Source: Trichoplax adhaerens (lineage: Eukaryota > Animalia > Placozoa). From it: a DNA stretch of 64,000 nt. The notes beneath the pieces are model-generated. The model was not told the origin of the DNA. It saw only the letters and a program-made list of their open reading frames with translations, and did not search any database. Location of the stretch: the NCBI RefSeq assembly GCF_000150275.1, contig NW_002060949.1:3029955-3093954 (forward strand), in the 5' to 3' direction. Shown one piece after another: positions 1-19,730 of this stretch (positions are counted from its first letter, which is position 1; each line of letters begins with the position of its first letter). The translations under genes were made by a program, and so were the position numbers.

Positions 1-3000
1 AATGAAGAATTTCTCGCTTCTTAATGACACGATTTGATATTATTATTCTCAAACAACATAGAATAATTATGAATTTTTAAATACCTTTTCATATTGTGCT
101 TTTGTCACGAAGCCAGTGTGATCGGTATCCACTTGACGAAATTTCTTCAAGGTATCCAATAATTGATCTCGACTTGGCCAAGGAACAGGATTCATAATAG
201 CTACTAAAAAGATTCGCCAATTGATGTACTCCTTATCCAGCGATACCAAGTTAGCCATGTCATTCAACTACGAAAGAAGAAATGATAAAATTATATATCA
301 AGATTGGATGACAAACAGCTACGTTAAAAAGTTGTAAAAATTCATAATGATGAAAATTGAAGCTAGTGATTATAAATAAATATTTTAAAAATGAATTATA
401 GTTGGGTTGGAAATACACAGCTATATAATTACTTGTGTCTGATTTAAGAGCATCCATTTATCCGGTAAAGTTTCCTGACCGTGCTATTATTAATAATTAT
501 GAATGGTTAAGATTGTATGATATTTTAATGATAATTAATTACCAATTATGAATTAATGTCATTCTAACCGAAAGCGAAATAGTTCCGTGAAGGAGATCAA
601 TAAATGCTTGCTTAGATATGTAACCGTTGGATGCAATAGCAGATAGCTAAAAATAGGATGATTGATCATTTCGATATTAAAACGCTTCAAACGGATTGAG
701 ATTCCAATATCTAAAATTTTATATAATGTACCTGATGGGCCAAGTTTAATATTTGCACAACAGTAAAATTCTCTGGCATGCTTGATTCAATTGGACTAGG
801 GGGTGGAGGTGGCTCCGGTATGTTATACATCATGACATTCTACAACGTATTAATTATCGTCAATATCGTATAAAATTCATCAAATTTCTTTATCGATTTT
901 AATGGCTAATTCGGAGACATCATTTCTACCTCATCGATGAAGAAGTTATCATTGACCAGTTTAAGTTCATTTTGTATCTTTTCCTCACTCTCGATAGCAG
1001 CTCTCATCATTGTCGTTAATTCTTTAATACTATAAGCCAGTTAATATGAACGGTTAGAAATCATTGAACTTCAAGAATTCTATAGCCAGAATATAATTAT
1101 TATAAATGGATAGGATAGCATTATACTGTACGTGTATACAACATTTGGTATTTCATGTCTGTTTACATGCTAAAATCAAGGCTACTACACATTCTAACTG
1201 AATAGCGAGATTGGATATTGTAAGCTTCTACCAACGAAATAAAGTCTATTTTCTTTAGCTAATTAATCTCTTTAGTTAAGCTCAAACGATTATTACCAGA
1301 AAATAAAGTAGTTTACTATAGAAACAGCTATTTTAATTGAGCGTAGTATATAGCTATATATTCCTATATATTATTTTATATCTGGTTATTTTTCTCAGTT
1401 TCCACATTCAAACTGTCTTCACTTTTAACTTACGATCAGCACTTCAATTTTGTCAACTATAACTATAAAGTAATACCTTTCCATTTCTTTGCGAAATCGT
1501 TGACCCAACCAATCATCCATATCTTTATACATGACTTCAGCCTTATGCTAGCGGAATAAGTTTTATAAATTAAAGCGGATATGGAAATAACATTAATCAG
1601 ATCTAAACTAGGTCAATAACTACTAAGCGTACCACAATAATTAAATTTATTACATATCAACCAAGCGTGATGATATCCTTAAAGTGAACTATACCTTTAT
1701 TACTTGGATATCGCAAATAGCTCTACTGCGGATTAATTCTAATCGACTTCTCAATCTAATCTCTATAAGTAGAAAATGTTTTAATTTTTAGAAGTATTCA
1801 TAATCCTTTTTCTTCCACCATATCTTAGCTACTGAAGATGATGTATGAGCCATAACTTATGACTTACCTTCAGCTTTTGTAGCCGCTGTGAATTCTTCAC
1901 GGATCTTCTCACGTATAGCGATTTGTTCCTTTTCCTCAGCTGTTTGCTCAGGAGGTTCTAGTCCAAAGTCATGAGTACCATGAGTATGATAGCAATAATA
2001 TTTATGTAAAATTAAATAAAAATACTTTCATCTATTCAATCTTTATCAGTCAGAAGCGTATATTTCTGAATTAAGGAAGATTGTGATTTCGATTAACTTG
2101 AACTACGACGATGATCGAATAAGAATTGACATCCTACTCGCTATAACTGTATGAAATAATGAAGAACTAATGCATCTCACTATCAATAATCGACGCTTCT
2201 ATTTAGTTTATTGTAAATGTTTATCCTCACGACTTAGAACGTTAAGATGCGATTTTTCTTTAGGAATGAATACATCATTATGATTATAATCCCTAGTATT
2301 TCTAAGGATACTACAGCAATCGCAATTCACTACTCCTGCAGATCAATTCATACAGGTGAGCTAGTCTTCACCGACTAAACATTTCATTAGAACTGATAAT
2401 CACTTCTCTTACCTTCAACGGGTTCTTCGACTACAATTTGTTGTTTTTTATGTCTGCCTTTCACTACCTTTTCTTTCTTATGCTTTTTTTTAGTTTTAGC
2501 CGCTTTCTCTAAATCACGCTGCCTCTCGTGTTCACGCTCACGTTCTTTCTCAGCTTCAGCGGCAGTAGCAGTTAACTCAGCGCTGATCTAATATAAATAG
2601 ATTAAAATTATATATTAGGTCTATGAAACACGTAATATCTATGCTATTCAAGCCAATTAGTGATTGCGGATTCCCTACAAATTAGTTTTGTGGTTTATAC
2701 CAAGCAACACATTACAAAATTATAAGTACTCTCTATTTAATATAAGGCATACTTACCATCATTAGAACATATTCTTGGACAATATTATACGCATCATTGA
2801 TAACCTAATAATCCAAGATATACCGATTTAACAATATCATCTAGTATCGAGACAATTATCATATCATTTAATCATCTACCTTCTCATCAGGATCCATATG
2901 TAACGAAGGCGAATCCACTTTTTCTTCTTGCTTCTCTTTTTTACTCTTTTTCTCTCTTTTTTCTTTACTACCAGATTGACCATCTTTACTTTGCTCAGCA

Positions 3001-6000
3001 GATTTTGGTCGTCTGGGAATTAATGGTATTCTATATAATCATATCACGAAATATAATGATTAATAACGAGTAGAATTAAAAATACCTCACTCTTGTTGTA
3101 GTTTTTTTTATATAGATATCACGTATTAGTTTGTATGCAAATAATATAAAAATAACTATCAGGCAGATATTTTAACGCTAATTATAAATATGTTGCCACT
3201 GTCGAATGCTAAATATTACGGAAATTGGTTAAACTATGATAGCAGAATCTTTATATACAACGGATGATTTATTACTGCTTCTAGTTATGCATCAAAATAT
3301 TATAAATAGGCTAAATCAAATAGTGGTAGGAAATCGAGGTAAGAAATATGGTAGTACGAAATGTGGATATCATACTTTGTCTTGCCATCTTCAGTATCTT
3401 CATGATTCATTGCTGAAGTTAAGGCAGAAATTCCACGCTCAGCAGCATCTTTCTCTTTTTCCTTATCCTTATCCCTCTCCCGATCACGATCTTTACCGCG
3501 ATCTTTGCCTCTACTTTCCTTAACTACACTCTCTTTTGCGCTAGTACTTTTACCAGTAGATGACTGAACTGAAACCGAGTTCGTTTCGATGGTTCCTTTT
3601 AGTACCACTACTGAGCTAGATTCAACTGTTGCTAGCTGTAATTGATAAAAATAAGATTATATAAGAGGATAAGAGAGACAGCGGGTAGATGAAAGCTATT
3701 TGATAACGGATATTTCAGCAGAAATGCTTACTTCAAGAAGAGGTAAACGACCGTTAGGTACAGCAAATTCGATTAATATTTTACCAGCGGCAGACATGTA
3801 ATAATCTTTCAATAGAAAACATGTATCTTGTACTCGGTCTAGTTCAGCCTAAAAATCATTTCATAATTAATCATCATTAAATTATAAGCTAGTTACTACT
3901 TGGTAGGGAATTCATTAAGTATTATTGCTATCTTGATAGCGATATAAACTCTACCTGCATTAAAGTAATATAATAATTGGTTGTTAAGCCAACTCTGTCT
4001 TCTAACCATCCATCTTTCATAATATTATCTCGCTCTCTTTCGGCATCTTCCTTACGTTTATCACACATATTCCATAGTTTCTCTGCAAGATCCTAAATAG
4101 CGTATGGAATGAAGTCTTTTAGGGTTAGATACTGGCTTAATAAATCAATTCCAATAGCGCGTAGAAAATTTCTTAGATATATTGATTAGTTTAGTACATA
4201 ACTTTCAACAACACCTGTTGAAACTAAGAACTTCTAGGATACAGCGACTAGATTAATAAAATTGTATTCAAACAGCATGGGTAAAAAATAGAAGTCTAGT
4301 ACTGTATATATGCCAACATATATATGTCTTGTTTTATTAGTGCGGCAAATTATATACCATATGTTAAATGTTGCTAAGATGAAATTATTAAGCAATTAAG
4401 CTAGTTCAGTATGAATGAGCTAAAATCTTTTTAGATAAATATACTAGTTTGCTATACCATTTCAAGTAGCACGAGCTAAAATAGAAATATTGTATGTTAC
4501 AACTACAGATTTAATGTTATGTATTACAAATTCAGGGTAAATCGGTCACTGCATTTGCTAGTCATTATGGCCTAATAATTTCAAGATCGGATAATATCTA
4601 TAATCCACGTACCATTACGGTCTGATGGAGTTCAGCCTTGGTCTCTTCATCACTCCTCATATCTTCAGCTAAGTCATTATATTCCTACAAAAGACGAAAC
4701 AGCATAATCAAGTTAGTATTTCCAATTTTATTAAACATACAGCAGCTTTATTGCTTAGCTGCGTTAATGTATTATCATTACTCAAAATATCTAGGAATGT
4801 CACTACTCACTAGTGTAGCGACAAATAGAAATTGTGTTTAGGCTGTAGCTTTTACCCGCTAATTAAGATAAATTTATTATCATTTTATTTTGATGGTACT
4901 GCAAATCCATAGGATGTAAAAATGTCATATAGGGTACCTATTCATGAGTATATTAGCTCAAATCAAGTACTACTCACCTTTTGCCACTGGTTTACTAACA
5001 TCTGTTTTAAATCAGGCCGGCGAAGAAATTCTTTATATTCATTGCTATCAAGATCAATCATGAAATTTCAGTATTGTTATGAAATGTCTATGAGTTGGGT
5101 CTATATCCTAAACTTGGTAAATCCACCTCTTGTTCAGAATTAAGCTAATAGCTTACCGAATATTATAAAAGTACTGATAGGTGCTCTCTCTTTCGTCTCG
5201 CATTTTACGAAAGATGTATTTACATGAATCAATGTAATTGATTTCGATATTTTCCCATTGGGAAGATAAAATGGTTGCCAATTCCTATCCATGATGAACG
5301 TGATAAATAATTCAGATGATAAACCTACGATATATATCTTTAAAGTTCCATAATTTTACCAATTCAATCGTATTTTCAACATAAATCCAATCTTCTGAAC
5401 CAGGTTCTGGTTTTGGAGGACTAGGTGGTCGTTCTTCTTCTTCTTCTACTTTGTTTAAATCTTCCGCTTCTCCTTGTCGGACGAGTGATTGCTCTTGGAT
5501 GACTGGTTCTGCCATAGCGGAAGATCGGCGTCTAGCATCTGATTTCTTTTTGAATTTCTTGCCTTAATTTTATAAAATTGGTCAGTACGAAAGATATTTT
5601 AAAATATTAAATTGATCTTATGGTATGCTTTGCTATTCAGATACCATAATTAATCATAATTCTATTTTAAACATTGATTATTTATTGATGATATGGCAAT
5701 ATATATCGAAGTAAGAGGTTAATCAAATGGAATAACTGCAGGGACTTGTTGTGAAATTATACTCGATTACGTATGATAAAATTGTTTTTATGCTACACAG
5801 GATGCAGAACAATACAGTACCGTATAATATACTACCTCAAAGGGTATAAACCTTTCCTATCATCTATTAGATTACCTTTCTCCTTGATGCGGGGACTAAC
5901 ATCTTTGCTATCTTCCGATTTTATCGGATGATGCTTATTCTTTTCCTTCTCTGTTTGAGCTTTACTTTCATTTTCGATAACAGCAATTAGATTAGGGGTA

Positions 6001-9000
6001 TCAACAACCACTTTAGGTGTTTCAGCTAATGGAGTGTCTTTATTTTCAGGTATTAAGGATGCATCTTGTACGGGATGAAGATTTAAATCTATGAACCAGA
6101 AAAAAATAATGAACAACTAAATTAGTCAAGACCGTAAAAATGGCTATGATAAAAATAATCTATCTACATCGCAATGGATTTACCTAACGGTTGCTGAGGC
6201 GATAAAGACCTTTCAGCTACCTGCGTAAACCAAATTTTGAAATATTTTATCAGTGATATAACGATTTAATAATGATACTGATCATCAGGTTACAAATATT
6301 GATAAACATGGCTGTTATATCATTGAATTTACTCCGCTAGAGGGTTCAGGCTCCGGCTCCGGCTTTAATTTTTCTAGTACTTCTTCAAGAATAGTCTCCA
6401 CATTTTGAAATACAGTTTCTATATCAAACATAAAGTTTTTAATCAATCATCTACTATGAGTAGAAGAAATCAATTATTTTGCTACTTAAAATAAGATTGG
6501 TCTCTTTTTTCACACAAGGTGAAACAAATTAACTACCTTGATCTTCAGCACCATCAATCTTCTTTAAATTACCAAATTTTGTAAACCATTTCTCCAGTTT
6601 TGACCAAGTATCATGAAAGCCAACCAACCTTTAAACAATTCCATAGTGAATTTAGTTATTATTACAACAACGTTTAAGTATATTCTATCTCTGATATTAT
6701 GTATTTGATTCGTTTTCTACCTTTGCTGAACATGTTCGCTGGCATAGTTTGCATCACTAACTGGCATAACTTTATCTTGCTTGTTAAGACCAGTCCGGCT
6801 ACCTTCTGGTGGTGGATTAAATTCTTCATGATACTGTTTACTAGACGTCATAGTCTCTACAATAGAAATTGCCTTTAGTTTTTCGCAAAATCATAGCTAG
6901 ATCAAACACTAAACAATTCTATAGTCATAATCAGCGGTTATAGTGCAAAATTAATTGTAATCTAATGAGACAAACTTGTTCTTCCTGTTGCTCGTTTCAA
7001 AACAACTTCATCTTTTACATCAAATAAAATGACAACATCGATTCCACTAACGGGCGGCGGTAACTATTAAATACAAAAGATTAGCTATAACGTTCATTTT
7101 AATTCCTACTTACGCGGATCATAGCTAAGACATAGTAAATACAAGTAATATAGGAATATCTATTATAGAATTAATTGATCAGTGACTCAACTTTCCCTTA
7201 AATTGGTATTATTAATACAACGACGCTAAAGATGATCTTTTCTTATAAATAGTCTTATTATAAATTCAGAAGTAGCTGTGATGGCCTAGATTCATAGCTA
7301 ACTATACCGACATCGGTATATCATAATTATCACTTTATTAATGTAGAGATACAGATGATAATCTGTATAGGCGAGGAACTAAAATTTCGTATAGATGTAA
7401 TAAAAGTTACTATCATTTATTTACCTTTTCCTCCGGTTTTGGATCAGGTGCGAGCAAAGACTTCTTGCGCGCTTTGCTACCACCTTTAGCTTGTGATATG
7501 GTTTTAACTTGAGGTGGGCTTGGATCATAGCCTGTCAAGGCTTTCTCAAATAGCTATCAAGAATGATCAATAAGATAAAACCATTAAAATGAAAACTTTT
7601 AAAAGTTTTCTCTATGCATACAACAGTAGAAATAATTATCTAATCTTTACCTTGGCTTGGTTATATGTTGATGGGAAATCGTCTAAAATCCAACCGGAAC
7701 CTTGCGGTATTTTCCTATAAAGTAATAGTCAGTTATCTTAAAAAGAGAGTCTACACATATGCTATTCTCAATCTAGAAACTGTCTTAACAGCTCTATAAA
7801 TCATAAATTTTATCTCTAATTGGCTAACATCCTATATTAGACTTACTTAATGGTGTTAGTAATGATATCCACCATGACTTGATCATCAACAGCTTTTCCA
7901 CGTTTGAGAGCTTTAGCAGCTTTAAACCCCAACTTTGCCCTAGGGCTGTAATTCTAGCATGATATAACAAGTAAAATGAACTCAGTCAGGCTTATAAACT
8001 ACTATTGCATAGAATCGTACGAATTGAAAGCGCAGAGTGATTCTAAATCGCAAACGCATATAATTCTATGCTCTGATAGTGCTAATGGATTATAACATGT
8101 TGCGATGTGTAGCGTTATATTATGAAGGTGTAAAGTAATTATTACATCAAATTCTTTATTTAACTGTGTTAAGTAAATATAAATTGTGCTAGTATGTAGA
8201 GTTCTATTACTTCTATATAGTAAAACTGCTAGTTGACTATGGGACTAAGGTTGTAAAGGAGTGACAAGATTATAAAAATCAGAATTTGCGCTAATATAGC
8301 TTTCAAGGACTTTAAGGATATCATTAAGCTACCTCAATATCAGATGCTCGGAAACTCATGATTGATCCTCGGCGTTTTCCATCATTGGATGGCTTATGTT
8401 CAGTCTCTTGAACGGGGCCTAAATGACCATTGCTACCATCATAAGACTGTTTGGCAGCTTTACCTATGTAGGTGCTGCCGCCACTATGCTTTAAATTGCC
8501 ACCTTTAGATTTACTGTCTTCATTCGGAATACCACTTAGCGATGTTGATGATTGCATTGTAGTTTTGCTACCATCGCCTTCTTGTTCGGAACCTTGACCA
8601 GTGGTATTTAGGTTGGTACTAGATTCATTATCCTTTTCATTTTAAATAGGTATATGTAAGATATATAGATTTGTTAGAAGCTGCAAAAAATTCGTCATAA
8701 TAGAGGTAAAATATACCTATAGTATCATTATAATTGCAAATATTAAAATCTAATATTCTAACTACAAAGTAGAATTTGGCATTTTTATTCACCTTTTTCA
8801 TTTCATTTTCCCCTAGGGCACCTTCGTCTTCATTAGTTTCGCTCTGTATCTTGCTTTCATCTAATTCACCTCTTTCAAATGCATCTACAGCTTCATGAAT
8901 TAAATTATCTAGCTCGATGACCTTGATACGATGGTCTATAACATCATAGCATAAAAAAATTAGTGATGCAAGATAAGATAGCTTAACTTTCTACTGTAAT

Positions 9001-12000
9001 CTGCAGCTGTAGCCTTGATTAAAATGGCTTAGTATATTTAACTACATCTGCAACTTTAGCTTAACTGTAATATTTAAGCTAATGTTATACCATAGTGGTG
9101 CTAAATTGAATACTCCTAATTTCTATTGCTAACTACTACAGTTATATTTTTTATTATTATGACTTAATACATAATAGTACTTTAATCTAACAGTGTATTA
9201 TCATAGAGCTAAAATTTGCTCAATTTTTAGCATACACGCTGATATAATCTCTTAATCTTGAGATATTAATGATTCATGCTGGATCTTAAACATAGTTGAC
9301 TTCATGTCTATAGTAACAACAGCTAAAGTTTGAACAATCTACAATGTATGAGCAAATATAGCTTCATAACTTTGTTTTTTTCAGATTAATTTAACATTAA
9401 ACCGTTGATAAACTACTATGTACTAGCAAAATTAACTTCATTTTGTAATAAAAATAGCTTACTTTCAAGTAATCTATCTATAGTGACTGATTTTCCACTA
9501 AATTGCTTTCCAAGAAAACAGGCTTTAATTGGAAATTCTGGAAATTCAGGAGCATCAACCGGAGGCTGAATAAAACACAGAGGCGAAATTAACATTATTA
9601 CTTACTTTGGCAATAAATACCCATAATTTGTAAACAATTTTGATGGAAATGGAATAATTAAATTATGTTACACTGGTACAGATTTTTCGACAATTATTTG
9701 TACCTCTGGTGGTGCCACTGTATTAAACAATGTTTTAACAATATGGCCAAGAATAGAGTTATCTTTTGGTGGAAATTGATAATCGAAATTTTCTGGCGGA
9801 TTCCATTCTCCAACACCATTCTTAATATACAATAAGTGTTAAAGTGAAAGAATAAAAGTGATTTGTTATTTATAGGTCGAAGATCATCAATAAAATTGCT
9901 ATTAGAGTAGATTTTGATTGCATATCCTCACATTATATTCCATAAAGTCTGCTTCATCAAGTAAAGCTTGTCTTTCTTCATGCAATATATTGGTTACATC
10001 GGCCTCCTCTGCTTTATCGTCTTCTTCAGCTTCAGGTTGATCATCGAAGAGTGGTATCCCCACAGTAAATAACGTCTTCCATTCGCTTAGTAACTTTGAT
10101 GGTAATTTGCTAATATACATATAGATTGAAAGTTTACCCATTTTTAAGTCCCAGCATTAACGGATGAAGTAGTTTAATGCTAATCATCTTATTTAACTAT
10201 CTAACAAAAACTAAATATTATAATAATGTTTACTTTTCAGTTAACTCGCGATATTGACCGATTCTGACTGAAAAATCCACGATTTGATTCATTATCTAGG
10301 AAGTAGAAAAGCGATGTTCAAGCAGAAATAAAAGAGCTGAAGGATGAATAAATAATTACTGTTCTATTTGTAAATATTTCAGACACTGGGAAATATCAAT
10401 TATATAAATTATATGCCTAAAGTAAGATAATAGGGGATAAATTGATGGACTACAGCTTCAAATCATAACTACATGTTATCTATTATATTCAACGGAGATC
10501 GAAAACGACAATAATCTCAACATGACTTACTTCCATACACATAGAATAATGCTTTTGGTATTTCCTTTCAGCACGTTCATTTAAAATTTGCTGATGTAAT
10601 GCCTTTTCTTTTTTCAATTCTTCCTGATACTGTAGTCTTGCTAATTCAGCATATTTCTAGTAGAGTAAAGCATTCATTTTGATATTTTAACCCGTTATAG
10701 ATTTACTAATTGGTCATTCCTTGTGAGATAGCTTCTGAAATCAGACCCGGTAAACTTACAGCTTCACGGTTTAGTGCATCATCGAAATCTTTCAGTCTAC
10801 GTTGGGTATATTCATTTTCACGTTCAATACTAATAGAGAATTTGAAACTGATTTAGGTGTACGTAAATTTATATCGGACAAAATCCACTATTTAAGTCAC
10901 CATTAATCCAGTAAGTATTGTTTACAGTAATCAATGAATATATTTACCGATTATTGACGATAACTTCTTTCAAATGGCGTTCCTATAATTATTAAGTAGT
11001 AATAATTATAAATTAGACTATTAAAGGCTCTCAAATTGCTCGTTTTTGCTTTGGGCCAATTCTTTAGATTTCAATTATTTAAACTTACGTGCATTAGCTG
11101 AACAGCAATTTTACGTTCATGCTGTGATTGCCTCATTAATCTGTTAACTAAAATATCTTCATGGTGGGCTTCCTAATGTTTGGTAATTTTAAAATATGTA
11201 TAAAAATTTAATTTTAATATTACTCTTATATTGTTAAAGCTTAAGAGCGGTTTTGCTAGCTCACTTCTTGCATATGGTAAGCTTTCATTTGCTCCAGAAG
11301 TACACGCCGGCGCCTTTTTTGACGTTCCTAAGACCCAAAATGGCATATTTTAATGTGAATTAAAAGGCAAAAAAATATCCAATGCTCATAAGCTGTAAAA
11401 CCGGTTGGTAGAACGTTACCTCTTTTGCGTTTAAATCATCTTTAACTCGTCTCTTGATTCCTGTTACATATTCTGTTGCTTCATTGGGCTGAATTTGTGG
11501 TTAAAATAATTGTGATTAGTTAATTGACTTTTTGCATTCATTTTGAGTATCCTAGCGATGAATTACCTGAACGATGTTGATTGGATCCAGTTTATTTTTG
11601 GGCTTACCATCATCGTTTAGCATCATATCAACATCGAAACTGGATAAAAATTAGATAAATGAGTAGCTGTAACATTTTAACTATACTACATATGTAGACA
11701 GATATTCGCATATAGATGTGAAGTTGTGGCTTTTATTAGCTGTCTATGCCGACTAATTAGTATGTCATAACCTTTAATTACGTATTAGATAATTACGCTG
11801 TAGTTTTGTCATAAACTTACTCGACAAGTAATGGAGAAGAAGGCATTGCTACATTTCGAATGCTATTTTCAAACTTTTCAATCTCTTCCTTAACCACCTA
11901 GTAAGTGTATCAGATAAGTTAACGTAAACGAACTACAAATGGAATTTTAAATTACAATCTATGAATTTGAATCTACAGAACTTACTGTTTCATCTTGTGT

Positions 12001-14632
12001 CTTTCGCATTTCAACTGGAGACATACCGTTCGCTTTCTGTGCGGCAATATATTGAACAGTTTGTTAGTAGATCTCGAAACTAATAAACTAATTCTATTCT
12101 ATACCATGATGTTCTAGCACATAGGTAATAGAGTATTAACAGAGCTTAAAAGATGATAAATTAGTTTTCTATACCATCATTGATACAACAAGTATGATAG
12201 CGCAGTAATATAGGTAGAAAGTAACAAATGAGTTAGCTGTTTATATTATACTGTCCGAAAAATTACTTGATAGCGGGTACGTAAATCTTAAAGTAGTTAG
12301 TAATACCAGATAGATATATTATTACTAAGTGTATACCAATGATTATAAATTAATCTACATGGGCTACGATTACCTTCGTGCTGGGTGGTTTAGGAATTCG
12401 GACAGCAGCAGCTCTAATATTTAAAAGCATTGTTTAACGATTATGCTTAGTGCAGATTGAGAGATAGGTAAATAACAATTCTAAATACCTGATTCTTGAT
12501 AATACTTCTGTTTGTTGTTGTCTCAAATTACGAAACTGCGAATGAATTAAATTCGATAGCTTATGTTAGCAATAATCGGTTTTAATACGGCAACACTTGC
12601 AAATTTTAATACTGTTTGTATTAAACATTGCAATGTTATATGTACCTTTGCTAGTTCTTGCTGCCTTTGCTGCTCTTTCTCCTGCCTCCATTGCTCTTCT
12701 TCTAGAAATCTAATCGATGATTTACAGTTAAGTTACGATACCCTATTATAAAGAGCCTCCTATATGCTCATTGAAAATAACTCACTTTTTCTTAAAGGCT
12801 TGATCTTGTAGCTGCTTCTTCTTATCATTATATCTGTTTTCAATTTCTCGCAGATTGAGTGAACTTTGTCTGGTCGTTTCGCCAGTTAATCGCTGCATAA
12901 AGATCCCAATGAATATCGAATTATTTATGATATCAATTGGTATTTATGTAGGAGAAAGCCTTTTGAAATATAATTTACCCTCTTGAATTCGATACTACCA
13001 ACGCTAGCTAGTGCAACATTGGCTCGTGCTTTCATTGTTTGCATGGCTGTTCCAGTTAACTTACGTTTCTAATTGAAGTAACAAGCGAGAATTAGAGAAA
13101 ATATTCTTTAGCCTCCGTAAAGTAATATTAGTATAATTCAATATAGCATTGTATGTTGGAATTTATCTAGAAACCGACTATATTTGATACCTCTTTATTG
13201 TTAAGAGCAATATAGAGTTCATATAATAACCTAACAGCCACTCCATGCTTTTTATACATAATATCTTTAGCCTACAAACAGAAATAGACAAGGATTAAAG
13301 AAAATATGATTATCAAACATCTACTCTCCTATAGTTATCAAATAGTAGAAATTCAGAATACTTACGGTAGCTGTGTTAAATGGTATGTCAAGTAGCGCCA
13401 AAGTTGGTTCGATCAACATAAAATTATTTAGTTTTGATTCCGAGGTACTAAACGTGAAAAGAATCTAAGAGTTAACTTTAAAGCAGCATAACCTTCAACA
13501 TCATTTGAAGAATAACGTAAGCATATGAAAATAGGTAATCTTTAGTCGATAAACTAACCTTCCTTTAGAAAAGGACCCAAAGTCACTCTGCGCAACAAAG
13601 TTAAGAGAATATTTATAAACGATATACGAGCATATATTTAAGCTATATTGTACCAATTATAATTAGAGTTAACGTAGAAATTTTCAATTTATATTCACAG
13701 TTCAATTACTGCTATACCAATAATTGCTATTACAATATTTATTAGGCTTCTTACCTGTAAACTGTATTTGTTTAAAACCTGTCCTATAAGGTAACCATTT
13801 GCAAATTCAGCTTCAAAGTTATCAGATGCTGTAATGGTTACACGAAAAGTTAGTCTCCGCAGTTTAGGATTATTTCTAACTAACTATTTATCGAATGGTT
13901 AATTAATATTCTGCGTTACAACTGCAAAGGTCGGCTAGAAGATTGTATGGATCACTTAAGGTATATAACTTTGTATTGCCGTCGTGAGTTTATAACTAGG
14001 ACTTGCCCTGAAAATTGAAATTACTTCTAATATGCTAATAATAAATAGTTTGCATATGATATGCGGTACATAATAATAGCATATTTGGTTACGAGATCGC
14101 GTTATATTTCACACTATTATGAATTTATCGCCATACCCTACGACTGAAAATTAAATTATTTCTAATATGTTTATATCAAACACTGTCTCCAACTATACGA
14201 GTACAATACGGTTGCTAAAATTAGTTGTAAGATTGCTTAAGGTATATACGCCCGGCTCCCGTCATAAATTCATTGGTAAAGTTAATCTGTAGCAATACAA
14301 TAATATCGAATGGTAGATGCATGTCATATGTTCTAATGACGAGGATTAGTTATAAGAATGTCTAAAGATCTGTTATTTCGCTAACATTATAATTTTACTG
14401 CTAAGATTAGTAAACTAATCTGAAGTTAGGGTTATTCCTGATACATTTATATCTAAAAGTTGATACGTGATTCACTTAACATAATACGCATAACTACAGC
14501 GATCAGATTGCCAAATCAGCTAGTCTATAGAACTTTGCGATGGCATCATGTTTATAATCCTAACGCAGACTTACTGATTTCACGCTCCAAGTGAACATCT
14601 TCGTTCAACCATTTACATAAAATCGCCGTCAT
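1..14632 (-). CDS. SPEF2: Sperm flagellar protein 2 (KPL2), ciliary central-pair protein; multi-exon, 3' end lies beyond the window start
   Basis: Exon 1 at 14632-14575 reads MTAILCKWLNEDVHLEREI, followed by SDNFEAEFANGYLIGQVLNKYSLQ, KLNNFMLIEPTL and GVAVRLLYELYIAL. These match the N-terminal CH-like domain of SPEF2 as I recall it. Further on are a coiled-coil region, an adenylate-kinase-like P-loop (GKQLVGKSVT, ~9490-9520), GWILDDFPSTYNQAK and an EF-hand-like DTDHTGFVTKAQY (~95-135). About 40 GT-AG exons. Confidence 0.93.
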
Positions 14633-14823
14633 TCTCGTTTATGTAAGGATAACTTAAATGTCGGCAAAGAGCATGGAAATATTACTTATATAGATAATAA
14701 CTCTGTACAGGCAATTTCGTTAACCGTTAACAATTCATCAACTTTCTTCTAATCAGTTACTGTGCATATAGGTGATACTAAATTCCGAATAGATAGACTT
14801 GGTTGCACTGTATAGTATGAGCC

Positions 14824-14837
14824 GTTGCTATAGCGAC
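14824..14837. promoter_or_regulatory. RFX-binding X-box upstream of SPEF2
   Basis: GTTGCTATAGCGAC (reverse complement GTCGCTATAGCAAC) is a near-palindromic match to the X-box consensus GTYRCYATRGYRAC. It sits about 190 bp upstream of the ATG of a ciliary gene. Confidence 0.7.
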
Positions 14838-15920
14838 ATGAAAGCAACATTTATCAGCCATTGAGTCTGCGTTAAATTCAAGTTGTCCATATAGGCTCAG
14901 AACATACTGTTCATTATATCGTGTTTGCATCATTAGTATCGGTATATTCAATTGTATCGTGAAATCACTAGAGCGGTTATCTAGTATAATCGGTATATCT
15001 TATACATGTAATACGTACAGTATACTTAACTTGCATAGAAAGTGACTTCTCGTTATAAACATAGATGCAATCGATTTCGACATCTTGAATCTCGATATTG
15101 CGTACAATAATGTGAAATCTTGCGGTTATTTGCGAGTCAAAATTAAAGATTTGTTTCTTTATGTTTGATAATCACATCTAAAAAGATTTATTCCTTCAGT
15201 CGAAATCGCAGTAGATCAAATTTAATTTCGGTTATATTGTAGTGCAAACTGATTTACGCCTAATCGCCTTTAATTTACCTTGTATGGTGCTCCTTAAATG
15301 AAGTACTTTATATCGTTAATATCCCAATAAATATTGTTATAAGAATAACTTTGTTGCTTCTAACAAGACACCGCTTTTATATTCGGAAAATACTGCATGG
15401 CCAGGAAATTAATTTTGGCATTACTATTGTATAGCTAAGCTTGGCGCGTAAGTACTGTTTAGGTGTTTATACTCTGGTTGTCACATCACGAGTTTATATG
15501 CGCTAGAGAATAGCAGTCAGTAATCAGTTGTACAAAACTGCGTGGAGAACCTGGTAGTCGAGTCAGCCAGTAAAAGTCAACGTTTTAAAGCACTGTCATA
15601 TTACTAAAACATGGTGTCATATCGCGTTAATTTATCAAATGAGAGAGACTACAGCTCAATAAATGATGTGTAAGTAATACATTTTCGTACCCGTTGTACT
15701 GCTGCGACAAGTCGTTAAAGATTCGTCGCAGGTACTCCATCTACACCCTTGCTTATAGTCATAAATTCTTGCAATATTACTGTTTACAATTTTTTAATTG
15801 ATATGTAACTGTAAACATACGAGTATTTACATTAGCCTTGAAGAAATTAGGATGAATAGGTAAATAAATCATATTATGCATATCATAGAAGTTGATACAT
15901 GTTAAAATTTTTAAGCTTTA

Positions 15921-19730
<3,810 letters not shown>

